The notes below the pieces were generated by a model, which did not search any database, was not told where the DNA came from, and saw only the letters and a list, made by a program, of their open reading frames with translations. The position numbers and the translations under genes are program-made. A stretch of DNA of 64,000 nucleotides from Pyrinomonadaceae bacterium (GTDB lineage: Bacteria > Acidobacteriota > Blastocatellia > Pyrinomonadales > Pyrinomonadaceae), in NCBI GenBank assembly GCA_036498585.1, contig DASYFE010000218.1:4094-68093 (forward strand), written 5' to 3'. This document shows positions 49,284-57,711 of the stretch, one piece after another. Positions within the stretch are counted from its first letter, which is position 1. Each line of letters begins with the position of its first letter.

Positions 49284-50201
49284 ATCATCAATCAGACGGA
49301 AAAAACTGAATTAAAAGACTATCTTCTCGGCAAGCTCAGGGAAGAAGACGAGGAACGGGTCGAAATTAAATTATTGAGTGACCCGGTTTATATCGAAGAG
49401 TTTGACGTTGTTGTAGATGAATTAACGGATCGATACGTGGCGGGAGAAGTTCAGGACGCGGAGCGCGAGCAAATGGAGCGGCATTTCTTCGCTTCGCCTG
49501 CGCGACGCGAAAAGTTGAGGATTGCCGCGGCGCTGAAAGAGCGCCAACAGAAGAATCGGAGGCGTTGGCTGCCTTCGCTTGAGCTGCGAATTGCGGCTTC
49601 GATTCTCATTATCGCCGGGCTGGCTTTCGGAATCTGGTGGGCGCTCAGAGGTGGTGAATCCGAGTTTGAGAAAGGACTGGCCGCGCTGCAAACGGCTTAC
49701 GCGGGACAACGACCTATCGAGGCGCGTGTCTCGGCGTTGCCGTATTCGACTTACTCGCAAACACGCGGATCCAGCGTTGACGACGGGCGATCCGACAATC
49801 TCCGCCGCGCTCAGTTGCATCTCGAGCAAGCTGTAAAAGAAAAACCGACACCCGAAGCCCATCACGCGCTCGGCAAGGTATATTTAGCGCAAGGCAGGAT
49901 CGACGAGGCTATCAAAGAATTCGAACAGTCGCTCAGCGGAAGTAAAAACCAGGCGCAGGTTTATAACGATCTTGGCGTCGCCTGGCTCGAGAAAGGCGAC
50001 TACACTCGTAGCATCGACAGTTTCAACAAAGCGCTCCAGCTCGACGGCAATTTGCAGGAGGCGCTCTTCAACCGCGCGCTCGCTTACGAAAAACAATCCC
50101 GATCGAACGAGGCGAAGACAGACTGGAACGAGTATCTAAAACGCGACTCGACTTCACCCTGGGCAGACGAAGCACGCCGCCATTTAACCAGGATCAGTTA
50201 A
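49284..50201 (+). CDS. anti-sigma-like membrane protein with extracytoplasmic TPR domain (anti-sigma-1), putative non-canonical ATC start
   Basis: Its N-terminus (TELKDYLLGKL...DELTDRYVAGE...MERHFFASP) is a paralog of 58961-59746. One TM follows (IAASILIIAGLAFGIWWAL), then TPR repeats. The conserved YLLGxL motif lies upstream of the first canonical start (TTG 49374). In-frame ATC codons at 49284 and 49287 follow GGGGA. The conservative coordinates are 49374-50201. Confidence 0.65.
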   Translation: MINQTEKTELKDYLLGKLREEDEERVEIKLLSDPVYIEEFDVVVDELTDRYVAGEVQDAEREQMERHFFASPARREKLRIAAALKERQQKNRRRWLPSLELRIAASILIIAGLAFGIWWALRGGESEFEKGLAALQTAYAGQRPIEARVSALPYSTYSQTRGSSVDDGRSDNLRRAQLHLEQAVKEKPTPEAHHALGKVYLAQGRIDEAIKEFEQSLSGSKNQAQVYNDLGVAWLEKGDYTRSIDSFNKALQLDGNLQEALFNRALAYEKQSRSNEAKTDWNEYLKRDSTSPWADEARRHLTRIS

Positions 50202-50227
50202 ACTGGTCGTGATCGAATTTGAGTTTC

Positions 50228-50313
50228 TTCTCTGTGCAACCTCTGTGTTCTCTGTGTGTCTGTGGTTAAGAAACACCACGGAGACACAGAGAACACAGAG
50301 GTTGCACAGAGAA
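50228..50313. repeat. family-A palindromic repeat
   Basis: TTCTCTGTGCAACCTCTGTGTTCTCTGTGTGTCTGTGGTT is followed by a loop and its inverted copy. Confidence 0.95.
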
Positions 50314-50323
50314 ATCCTATCGA

Positions 50324-50899
50324 ATGCATATCAAGACTATCGCGCTCGGCTCCGATCGTGCGTCGAAGATCATGGCCGTGCGCGCCAGCGTCGCCCGTAT
50401 TGCTACAATCGATCCCGATTGGGCTAACGCAAACGTTATCGCGCGTCGGGTTGAATCAAACGTCCCTTCCATGCCGCTGACTGATTGGCAGTTGATGCAG
50501 GGCGCCCAGGAAAGAGCCTTTGCCGTGCGCGACTCGCTCAAGAATCGTCGCCTTGAAGCGGATATCTATGTTGGGTTAGAAGGCGGGTTTCACTCGGTCT
50601 CCATCGAGGGCGAGTGGCACACCTTCCTGCGCGGTTGGGCTTACGCGACCAACGGCGAGCGCGGCGCGTTTGGCGCTGCGCCTTCGATTACTGTGCCGCC
50701 TGACATCGTCAAGAAGGTGGTCGAAGGTCGACGCGAGTTGGGTATTGTGATAGACGAAGTCACAGGCGGTCGGGATTTACGCAGCAAACAGGGCGCGTGG
50801 GGCGTGCTTTCGCGCGATCTGGTGACGCGATCGATGAGTTTTGAGCTGGCCCTGGTCGCTGCTTTTGCACCGTTTTACAATCCGAAATTTTATTCCTGA
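50324..50899 (+). CDS. yjjX: inosine/xanthosine triphosphatase (YjjX/DUF84 family)
   Basis: It is collinear with E. coli YjjX as I remember it: VGLEGG, ELGIVIDEVTG, KQGAWGVLSRDLVTR and APFYNPKFY. Confidence 0.7.
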   Translation: MHIKTIALGSDRASKIMAVRASVARIATIDPDWANANVIARRVESNVPSMPLTDWQLMQGAQERAFAVRDSLKNRRLEADIYVGLEGGFHSVSIEGEWHTFLRGWAYATNGERGAFGAAPSITVPPDIVKKVVEGRRELGIVIDEVTGGRDLRSKQGAWGVLSRDLVTRSMSFELALVAAFAPFYNPKFYS

Positions 50900-50921
50900 T
50901 GAGAATTAACTAAAAACGAGA

Positions 50922-51542
50922 ATGGATGAACTAGTCACACAAGTTAACCATGAAGAACCGCCGCCACAGTCGCGCGGCGCCGGCTGGATAGAAGTGATTG
51001 CGGGCTCAATGTTTTCCGGCAAGTCGGAAGAGCTCATTCGCCGTTTGCGGCGTGCGAAGATCGCGCGGCAGAAGGTGCAGGTTTTCAAACCCGAGCTGGA
51101 TTCGAGATTTTCAGAGAACCAGATTGTTTCCCACTCCGAGATGCGTCACGACTCGGCGAACAGCCGCTCGGCTGCTGAGATAATCGAGAAAGTCGACGCG
51201 GACACGGAAGTTGTCGGCATCGACGAGGGACAGTTTTTTGATAACGATCTGGTTGAGGTGGCGAATGCCCTCGCTCGCCGTGGGGTGCGCGTGATCATCG
51301 CCGGCTTGGATCAGGACTACACCGGCAGGCCCTGGGAACCGATGCCGCAGCTACTCGCGATTGCCGAGTACATCACGAAGACGCATGCGATCTGCATGAA
51401 GTGTGGCCAACCGGCCAATTACTCGCAGCGGACCTTCGAATCGGAAGAGCGCGTCGCGGTCGGCGCCTCAGACAAATACGAAGCGCGTTGTCGCGGCTGC
51501 TTCGTTCCCCACGCCGACGCCCCGACAGTGCATTCGAATTAG
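50922..51542 (+). CDS. tdk: thymidine kinase
   Basis: It has the P-loop [14 protein letters not shown], the segment [10 protein letters not shown] and a zinc-ribbon lasso (CMKCG...CRGC). Confidence 0.9.
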   Translation: MDELVTQVNHEEPPPQSRGAGWIEVIAGSMFSGKSEELIRRLRRAKIARQKVQVFKPELDSRFSENQIVSHSEMRHDSANSRSAAEIIEKVDADTEVVGIDEGQFFDNDLVEVANALARRGVRVIIAGLDQDYTGRPWEPMPQLLAIAEYITKTHAICMKCGQPANYSQRTFESEERVAVGASDKYEARCRGCFVPHADAPTVHSN

Positions 51543-51570
51543 GCCGCAAAGAGGCACAAAGCACAAAAAT
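51542..51570. repeat. family-E half element
   Basis: GGCCGCAAAGAGGCACAAAGCACAAAAAT abuts the next family-A element. Confidence 0.7.
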
Positions 51571-51572
51571 CT

Positions 51573-51673
51573 TTCTCTGTGCAACCTCTGTGTCCTCTGT
51601 GTCTCTGTGGTGTGGTTTTACTCGGAATTCATCAACCACAGAGACACAGAGGACACAGAGGTTGCACAGAGAA
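51573..51673. repeat. family-A palindromic repeat
   Basis: TTCTCTGTGCAACCTCTGTGTCCTCTGTGTCTCTGTGGTGTGGTT is followed by a loop and its inverted copy. Confidence 0.95.
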
Positions 51674-51798
51674 GAGTGCGATCGAGACTTTTTGTGCAAA
51701 GCCTCTCAGCTCAGCATTTTTGTATCTTTTGAACGAAACGTTTTCGCCCGGAAACGACATACGTTAGTGAACCTTCTCTTTTTTAAGGGAGTTCACGT

Positions 51799-54700
51799 AT
51801 GAACATCCGCAAAACTTCCCGGCATCAGTGGTTATCGCGCGCACGTCACTCACGCCGTACCCTCCTGATCATCGCCCTGCTTTCGCTACTCGCCGGCGGT
51901 GCTAGCTTTCGATTTTTCTATTCTGGAAAGTCAGCCGTCACCACCGGTCTTGAAGCGTTGGTTCATGCTTATGAAGGTCGCCGGCCGCTCCAGGCGCGTA
52001 TCTCTGGTCTTGCGTATGCCCCCTTTATCTCCCGTAGAGGTGAATCTGACGATTTCGATGCAGTCAATCGGGACCTCGCCGAACGATTGCTGCTAGAAGC
52101 GGTAGCTGAGAAACCCACATCTTCAGCACGTCAGGCGCTCGGCCAGTTCTATCTGATGTCGGGAAGTCCCACCAAAGCCACAGTCCAATTCGAAGAGGCC
52201 CTGAAGCAGGACAGCAACAACGCATCGCTTCGAAACGACTTTGGCGTAGCCCTCATGGAGATGAGTCACAAGTCTCCCGCCGCTGATTCTGACAACACTT
52301 TGCTTTACGCGGCGAAGGCTCTCGAAGAGTTTGAGACCGCATTAAAGCTCGATTCCAAAAGCGTCGAGGCCTTACACAATCGCGCGTTAGTGCTGGACCA
52401 ACTGAAGCTGCCGCAACAGCGCGACCAGGCATGGCAGGCTTATCTCGCCCGTGAAACGAACCCAGACTGGACGTCGGAAGCAAAACGAACGATTCAAAAC
52501 CTGTCCCAGCCGAATTCAGAGCGGTTGAACCACACTCAGTTGTTGGAAAGTTTCCTCGCCGCAACTCTCGCCGCCGATGACGAAACGTCGTGGCGTGAGT
52601 TGACTCGCAACCAGGAGATGATTACAGAAACGTTCATCCCCCAGGAGCTCACCTACTCTCTGCTCTCTGCGTTGTTGAATAAGAACGCAGACGAGGCGAG
52701 GAAACTAACTAATGCCCTGCGCTACGCCGGAAAGCTCGAGCAGGAAAAAGCCGGCGACCCGTTCGTTTCTGAGATGGCTGCTTTTTACTCGCATCTTTCA
52801 GTCGGGCAACAAAACCAGCTTCACGAGGCCCACGTCCTGCTCAGGAACGGTTACGCCGAATGCCAGAAAGGCAATTACAACTCAGATCTGTTCGAGCAGT
52901 CGCGCAAGTTGTTTCTGCGCGCCGGCGACGTGTTGGAAGCGAAGATCTGTGACTACTGGATTGCTTATTGTCTGAGTCAAAAACCGGACATTGAAAAGAG
53001 CACTGAGCTGCTGTCGTCGCTCGCGAAGTTTGCCAAAGCAAAGCATTACTACTGGCTCGAAGGACAGGCGACCGCCTGGATCGCAAACAATCACACAGAG
53101 CGGCGCGAGTATTCGAAATCGCTCGAAAGTTACAACGACGCGCTCCCGATCGTGACGCGGATTAACGACGTCTACAACCAGCAAAAGGTTCTCACTCAAA
53201 CCGGTAACAACTACATGCTGCTCGGTCAGCCCGAGCGTGCCCTGCAATACGACTGGCGGGCGCTGCGACTCATCGATCCGGTGTCAAACAGCGTCCGCCA
53301 AACGTGGCGCACTTATCTTTACACCGCTCGCGCACTGGCCGCGCTGGGCTTATATGAAGCTGCCGCGCAATACGGCGCGGCGATGCTCAGCCTGGCGGTG
53401 AACGATCCGGCGATGGTGCACTTTTCTTACCGGTATCTGGCCCAGATCAACGGCGGCAAGAAAGATTTTGCGGAAGCATTTCGGCTCGCTTCGGAGAGCA
53501 TGAAATTTGCGAATACAGTGAAGCTTCGAACCGAATCTTTGTTGCTGCTCGGTCACCTCCAGCGCCAGTCTGGCGCGATTGAAGACGCAGTCAAGAACTA
53601 CAGCGAGGCGATTGATAACTACAACAAAATAAACCCGGGTGTTTATAAATACGATGCTCTCAAGGGACGTCTGCTCTGTTACCTCGCGCTCAAAGACACC
53701 GCGAATTTCGAAGCCCAGCTTCCGATCGTGCTCGAAGAGTTTGAGAAGCAGCGTGAGGACATCTTCGAAGAGCAGAATCGAAACGTCTTTTTCGATCGCG
53801 AACAGAACGTCTACGACTTCGCGATCGATCATGAGTTTGAAAAGCACGACTATCTGAGTGCGTTGAATTATTCGGAACAGTCACGCGCTCGCTCGCTGCT
53901 CAAGGCGCTAAATGAAAAGAACCCTGAGACCGCTTCTGCCGCGCCGCTGCATCCAGCCGAGTTACAGCGCGGGCTGCCGGCGAACGTACAGGTCTTGCAG
54001 TATGCAGTGCTGGACGACAAGCTCGTCGTCTGGCTGGTAACCAACAACAAGATCGATGCTAAAACTAAGAACATTCGCGCTGACGAGTTGCGCGCCCTGG
54101 TGACTGAATACGTCAAGGGGATTTCCAGCGGTCCAGGTAAGGCCGACAAGTTGCGAGCCGTCTCGCAGAAACTTTACGACACGTTGATTGGACCGTTCAG
54201 CGACGCTCTCGATCCACGTCGTGTGCTCTGCATCATTCCCGACAAGGCGCTGAGTTACGTTCCCTTCGACGCACTCATCTCGCCCGTATCGCAACGATAT
54301 CTGCTCAGTGAGTTCTCGGTATTTACGTCACCAAGCTTGAACGTCCTCGTGCGCGCTTCGTGGATCGCGAAAGATTACTCGAATGCGAGCGCTGAAACAC
54401 TGCTCAGCATCGGTAATCCATCTTTCGATCGCGGAGAGTATCCGGAGCTCGACGATTTGCCGGCAGCGGCGCGAGAAGCCACCGGGATCGCGGCTAACTA
54501 TTCGAAGTCGTACCAGCTCATTGGCCCACAAGCAGTCAAGAACGTTATCGAAAAGCAATTGCCCGGCGCCGACGTAATCCACTTTGCGGGTCACTACGTC
54601 ACCAACCAGGCGGAGCCGCTCATGTCAAAACTCGTGCTCGCAAAGCAAAAAGGATCCGAGAACGGCGATTTAAGTCTCGGCGAGCTGGTCAACATGAAAC

Positions 54701-55023
54701 TGACGCGCACGAAGCTGGTGGTGTTATCGGCATGTGAGACGAGTGGAAAAGACTACTACAACGGTGAAGGTCTGATCGGAGTCGCGCGAACGTTTTTGCG
54801 CACCGGCATTCCGCTCGTAGTCGCCAGCCAGTGGTCAGTCGAATCGGAATCCACCGCGCAACTGATGTTGAAGTTTCACCGTTATCGAAAACTGCCCGGA
54901 ATTTCCAGTCTTGCAGCCCTGCGTAAGGCACAGCTCGAGTTGCTCGAAGATCCAAACGGTCTTTACAGCGACCCATATTACTGGGCGGCCTTCACCACAG
55001 TCGGCGGCTATGCAGATTTCTAA
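51799..55023 (+). CDS. membrane-anchored TPR repeat + CHAT (caspase-like) domain protein
   Basis: A basic N-terminus is followed by one TM (TLLIIALLSLLAGGASF). About 650 aa of TPR-like helical repeats precede a C-terminal CHAT domain. The catalytic dyad motifs are VIHFAGH (His932, nt 54592-54594) and LVVLSACETS (Cys979, nt 54733-54735). The protein ends PYYWAAFTTVG. AAGGGAG SD is present upstream. Confidence 0.85.
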   Translation: MNIRKTSRHQWLSRARHSRRTLLIIALLSLLAGGASFRFFYSGKSAVTTGLEALVHAYEGRRPLQARISGLAYAPFISRRGESDDFDAVNRDLAERLLLEAVAEKPTSSARQALGQFYLMSGSPTKATVQFEEALKQDSNNASLRNDFGVALMEMSHKSPAADSDNTLLYAAKALEEFETALKLDSKSVEALHNRALVLDQLKLPQQRDQAWQAYLARETNPDWTSEAKRTIQNLSQPNSERLNHTQLLESFLAATLAADDETSWRELTRNQEMITETFIPQELTYSLLSALLNKNADEARKLTNALRYAGKLEQEKAGDPFVSEMAAFYSHLSVGQQNQLHEAHVLLRNGYAECQKGNYNSDLFEQSRKLFLRAGDVLEAKICDYWIAYCLSQKPDIEKSTELLSSLAKFAKAKHYYWLEGQATAWIANNHTERREYSKSLESYNDALPIVTRINDVYNQQKVLTQTGNNYMLLGQPERALQYDWRALRLIDPVSNSVRQTWRTYLYTARALAALGLYEAAAQYGAAMLSLAVNDPAMVHFSYRYLAQINGGKKDFAEAFRLASESMKFANTVKLRTESLLLLGHLQRQSGAIEDAVKNYSEAIDNYNKINPGVYKYDALKGRLLCYLALKDTANFEAQLPIVLEEFEKQREDIFEEQNRNVFFDREQNVYDFAIDHEFEKHDYLSALNYSEQSRARSLLKALNEKNPETASAAPLHPAELQRGLPANVQVLQYAVLDDKLVVWLVTNNKIDAKTKNIRADELRALVTEYVKGISSGPGKADKLRAVSQKLYDTLIGPFSDALDPRRVLCIIPDKALSYVPFDALISPVSQRYLLSEFSVFTSPSLNVLVRASWIAKDYSNASAETLLSIGNPSFDRGEYPELDDLPAAAREATGIAANYSKSYQLIGPQAVKNVIEKQLPGADVIHFAGHYVTNQAEPLMSKLVLAKQKGSENGDLSLGELVNMKLTRTKLVVLSACETSGKDYYNGEGLIGVARTFLRTGIPLVVASQWSVESESTAQLMLKFHRYRKLPGISSLAALRKAQLELLEDPNGLYSDPYYWAAFTTVGGYADF

Positions 55024-55043
55024 ATCAAGCTAAGGAGAAAACG

Positions 55044-55964
55044 ATGCCCCTATCACATAACAACGTAACCGCAACCGTTTCGTTAACAGGCCTGGCACTC
55101 GGCTGTTACAACGAATCCACTCAAAATTATGAAGTCGGATTGATCCGGCAAGAGACCCACACTTTGACAATTGAAGTCACTAAAAAACTCGCCGGGGGAG
55201 ATTCTGTGATGAAGTTTACGCTCGACAAGAATCACCGGATCTTCATTGACGCCGAGAATGCCATCTTGCCGGAGTACCCCATTTACATGGACGGCGAGAA
55301 TTTCAGTCGTAGTGATGATACCCATGACAAGGAAGACTTCCGGTGGGTGATCGACTTCGAAAAGGAATTGAATAATGGAAACCCGGTCACGTTACAGCGC
55401 CCGGAGAAGCTTGTCGTGACGGAGATGTATGTGTCGAAACCGACACTATATGCTGATCGTTTATTGATGTCCGCCGATCCGTTCTCGCTTGTAACAATCG
55501 ATCCCACCACTAACGGTCCTGTGAACGAAGCGCCGAAAGATTTCGGATTGTTCACCGAGGGGATCAAGGCCGATATCAGATGTCAAAACGGTGGCGCCGT
55601 GATCCTTAGAGTCGATGGTCCACAAGGATTTCAGATACACCTTCCGCATGGTTCGGCTGCGCCCCACGAAATCGTTATCGAGAACATTTGCCCGCCGAAG
55701 GCAAATGGTACGAATAACGAGGCTAACGGCGAGGAAGCGGCCGGCACGACTGAGGGGGAATCAAATGGCGCTTCCGCTTCCTCTGACACAGAATTTATTC
55801 CGTCTGATTTCACTCTGTATTACTCGCTGATTGTCGATACGGACGGAAAAAAGTTTGACCTCAAACGATCGAACCCTGACGAAGAAGGCGAGGGCGCGGT
55901 GTGCAACGGCAGTTCTCTCGGATCCCGAGCGAGTCTGTTTCCATTGCCAGCGTCGTCGTCCTAA
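55044..55964 (+). CDS. hypothetical protein (no recognisable domain), cotranscribed between CHAT and S8 genes
   Basis: The 306-aa ORF has AAGGAG 7 nt upstream and begins 20 nt after the CHAT stop. I see no signal peptide or TM. The composition is beta-rich, with an acidic, Gly/Asn/Ser-rich low-complexity segment near the C-terminus. Confidence 0.7.
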   Translation: MPLSHNNVTATVSLTGLALGCYNESTQNYEVGLIRQETHTLTIEVTKKLAGGDSVMKFTLDKNHRIFIDAENAILPEYPIYMDGENFSRSDDTHDKEDFRWVIDFEKELNNGNPVTLQRPEKLVVTEMYVSKPTLYADRLLMSADPFSLVTIDPTTNGPVNEAPKDFGLFTEGIKADIRCQNGGAVILRVDGPQGFQIHLPHGSAAPHEIVIENICPPKANGTNNEANGEEAAGTTEGESNGASASSDTEFIPSDFTLYYSLIVDTDGKKFDLKRSNPDEEGEGAVCNGSSLGSRASLFPLPASSS

Positions 55965-55991
55965 TCGTTCCTCATCCCAAAGGAGCAGATT

Positions 55992-57530
55992 ATGGAATGG
56001 AATCTCAAGTTCAACGGAACTCCCGTCACCTTGCAAGTAGCCAATCCGCTTGTAGTACTGCCCGAGATCGCCACGTCTGTGGTACCCGAGGGTATCAAAA
56101 CAAAGGCGCCAGACGATGCAGGAGACAGTCTCGAGGACTACGATCACCGGCAAAGAGATCGCGAGGTATTTCAAAAAGCAGGTTGGCAATTCGGTGGGTC
56201 TGGCTCGCTGGCGGCTACTGTGCCACAGACCAAAGGATCTCGTCCGGGCACTGAAACTCCTCGTCCGGTATTTGTTACGGATACCGGCGACTTTCTGATT
56301 GGAACTGACGTCGCTACCGTGCAACTGAACGCGGCTGCTGTGACGACGGAAGCCACAGCGAAAAAAGTGCTCGCTGAAGATGGTCTAACAATACTTCACC
56401 AGCTCAGTTTTGCTCCTCATCTTTACGCCGTTCGTTTGCCTTGGAAAGCACCATTGCAAGAGACGATCAATGCGCTGCAGGCAAAGACTCACCGCTACGT
56501 CTTTGCAGAGCCCAGCATGCTGCAGCGGATGAGCGGCCGCGAAATGCCCAACGATGCGGATTTCAAGTTCGCGTGGCAGCATGGCGCGACACCAGATAAT
56601 GGTGGTGGTTTTGGTCTGGATTCGATACCCGCGTGGGAGTTAACTACGGGCAAGAGTGAACAGCGTCCGGTGCGAATAGCCGTCATCGACAATGGTATGG
56701 ACATCGCTCATGTTGACTTACGAGGCGCTATAGTCGACGGCGGCTTTTTCATTCCTGAAGAGCCAGGTGCGGGTACGGTCACGTTCACTCGTTTTACGCC
56801 TGAGATAACAGGCTTTCCGCGCCGTGGTCATGGGACGTTCTGTCTGGGAATGGTGGGCGCAAGGCGGAACAATGGCAACGGAGGCTGTGGAGTTGCTCCT
56901 GATTCAGAGCTGATTGCGCTCGCGTGTGCGCACGATCAAACAGGGAACCAGCTCACACTCGCGCGCGCGATCGAGTTTGCAGTTAATCCCAAATCTGTAG
57001 ATCCTGACGGGCCGGAAACCCTCGGGGCTGACATCATCTCCTGCAGTCTCAGGACGGCAGGTGTACTGGAGACGGTGTTGGAGATGGCGATCAACTCAAC
57101 TACTTCGGGACGTGGTGGCCTGGGAATTCCGCTCTTCTGGGCGGTTAGTAATTTAAACGACCGGCCTATCAGCGTAGACAAGGTTTGTTCACATGAAACG
57201 GTAATCGCTGTTGGCCGTTCGAATCGAGATGGCTTACCGGACGGGTCAGCGTCTGGTCCAGAGCTGGATTTCCTCGCTCCGGGAGTTGATGTTTTAGGAC
57301 CTACGCAGGGGGAAGACAACATCAAGAACACTGGTACGAGCTTCGCTGCGCCGCTGGCGGCTGGCGTTGCGGCTCTGGTTATGGCTCGTCATCCTGAGTG
57401 GCCTGCTAAAAAAATCCGCCAGCGTCTCCAGGACACTTGCGACAAACCGATCGTCGCGGATCGGACCACTATCGGGTTTGGTCGTATTAACGCTCACCGC
57501 GCCGTTCAGGAGAATCAAAACGGTAATTGA
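55992..57530 (+). CDS. S8 family subtilisin-like serine protease with long N-terminal extension, no signal peptide
   Basis: The catalytic triad motifs are VAVIDNGMD (Asp), GHGTFCLGMVGA (His) and GTSFAAPLAAGVAAL (Ser). A region of about 215 aa precedes the catalytic domain. AAGGAG lies 6 nt upstream, 27 nt after the preceding stop. Confidence 0.85.
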   Translation: MEWNLKFNGTPVTLQVANPLVVLPEIATSVVPEGIKTKAPDDAGDSLEDYDHRQRDREVFQKAGWQFGGSGSLAATVPQTKGSRPGTETPRPVFVTDTGDFLIGTDVATVQLNAAAVTTEATAKKVLAEDGLTILHQLSFAPHLYAVRLPWKAPLQETINALQAKTHRYVFAEPSMLQRMSGREMPNDADFKFAWQHGATPDNGGGFGLDSIPAWELTTGKSEQRPVRIAVIDNGMDIAHVDLRGAIVDGGFFIPEEPGAGTVTFTRFTPEITGFPRRGHGTFCLGMVGARRNNGNGGCGVAPDSELIALACAHDQTGNQLTLARAIEFAVNPKSVDPDGPETLGADIISCSLRTAGVLETVLEMAINSTTSGRGGLGIPLFWAVSNLNDRPISVDKVCSHETVIAVGRSNRDGLPDGSASGPELDFLAPGVDVLGPTQGEDNIKNTGTSFAAPLAAGVAALVMARHPEWPAKKIRQRLQDTCDKPIVADRTTIGFGRINAHRAVQENQNGN

Positions 57531-57532
57531 GA

Positions 57533-57595
57533 TTTCTCTGCGATCTCTGCGGACTCTGCGTTGAATAGCTCTTTAACGCAGAGAACCGCAGAGTC
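57533..57595. repeat. family-B palindromic repeat
   Basis: TTTCTCTGCGATCTCTGCGGACTCTGCGTT is followed by a loop and AACGCAGAGAACCGCAGAGTC. It starts 3 nt after the S8 stop. Confidence 0.9.
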
Positions 57596-57711
57596 AGGCA
57601 ACTAACCTCCCATCAACATCGTCTCACCGCGCAAGAAGTCTTCATAATTTCGTTCCTTTAGTCTCCCCGCGGTTGTCTCCCCGGCAATCCACCTTCACTA
57701 GGAGTACGACA

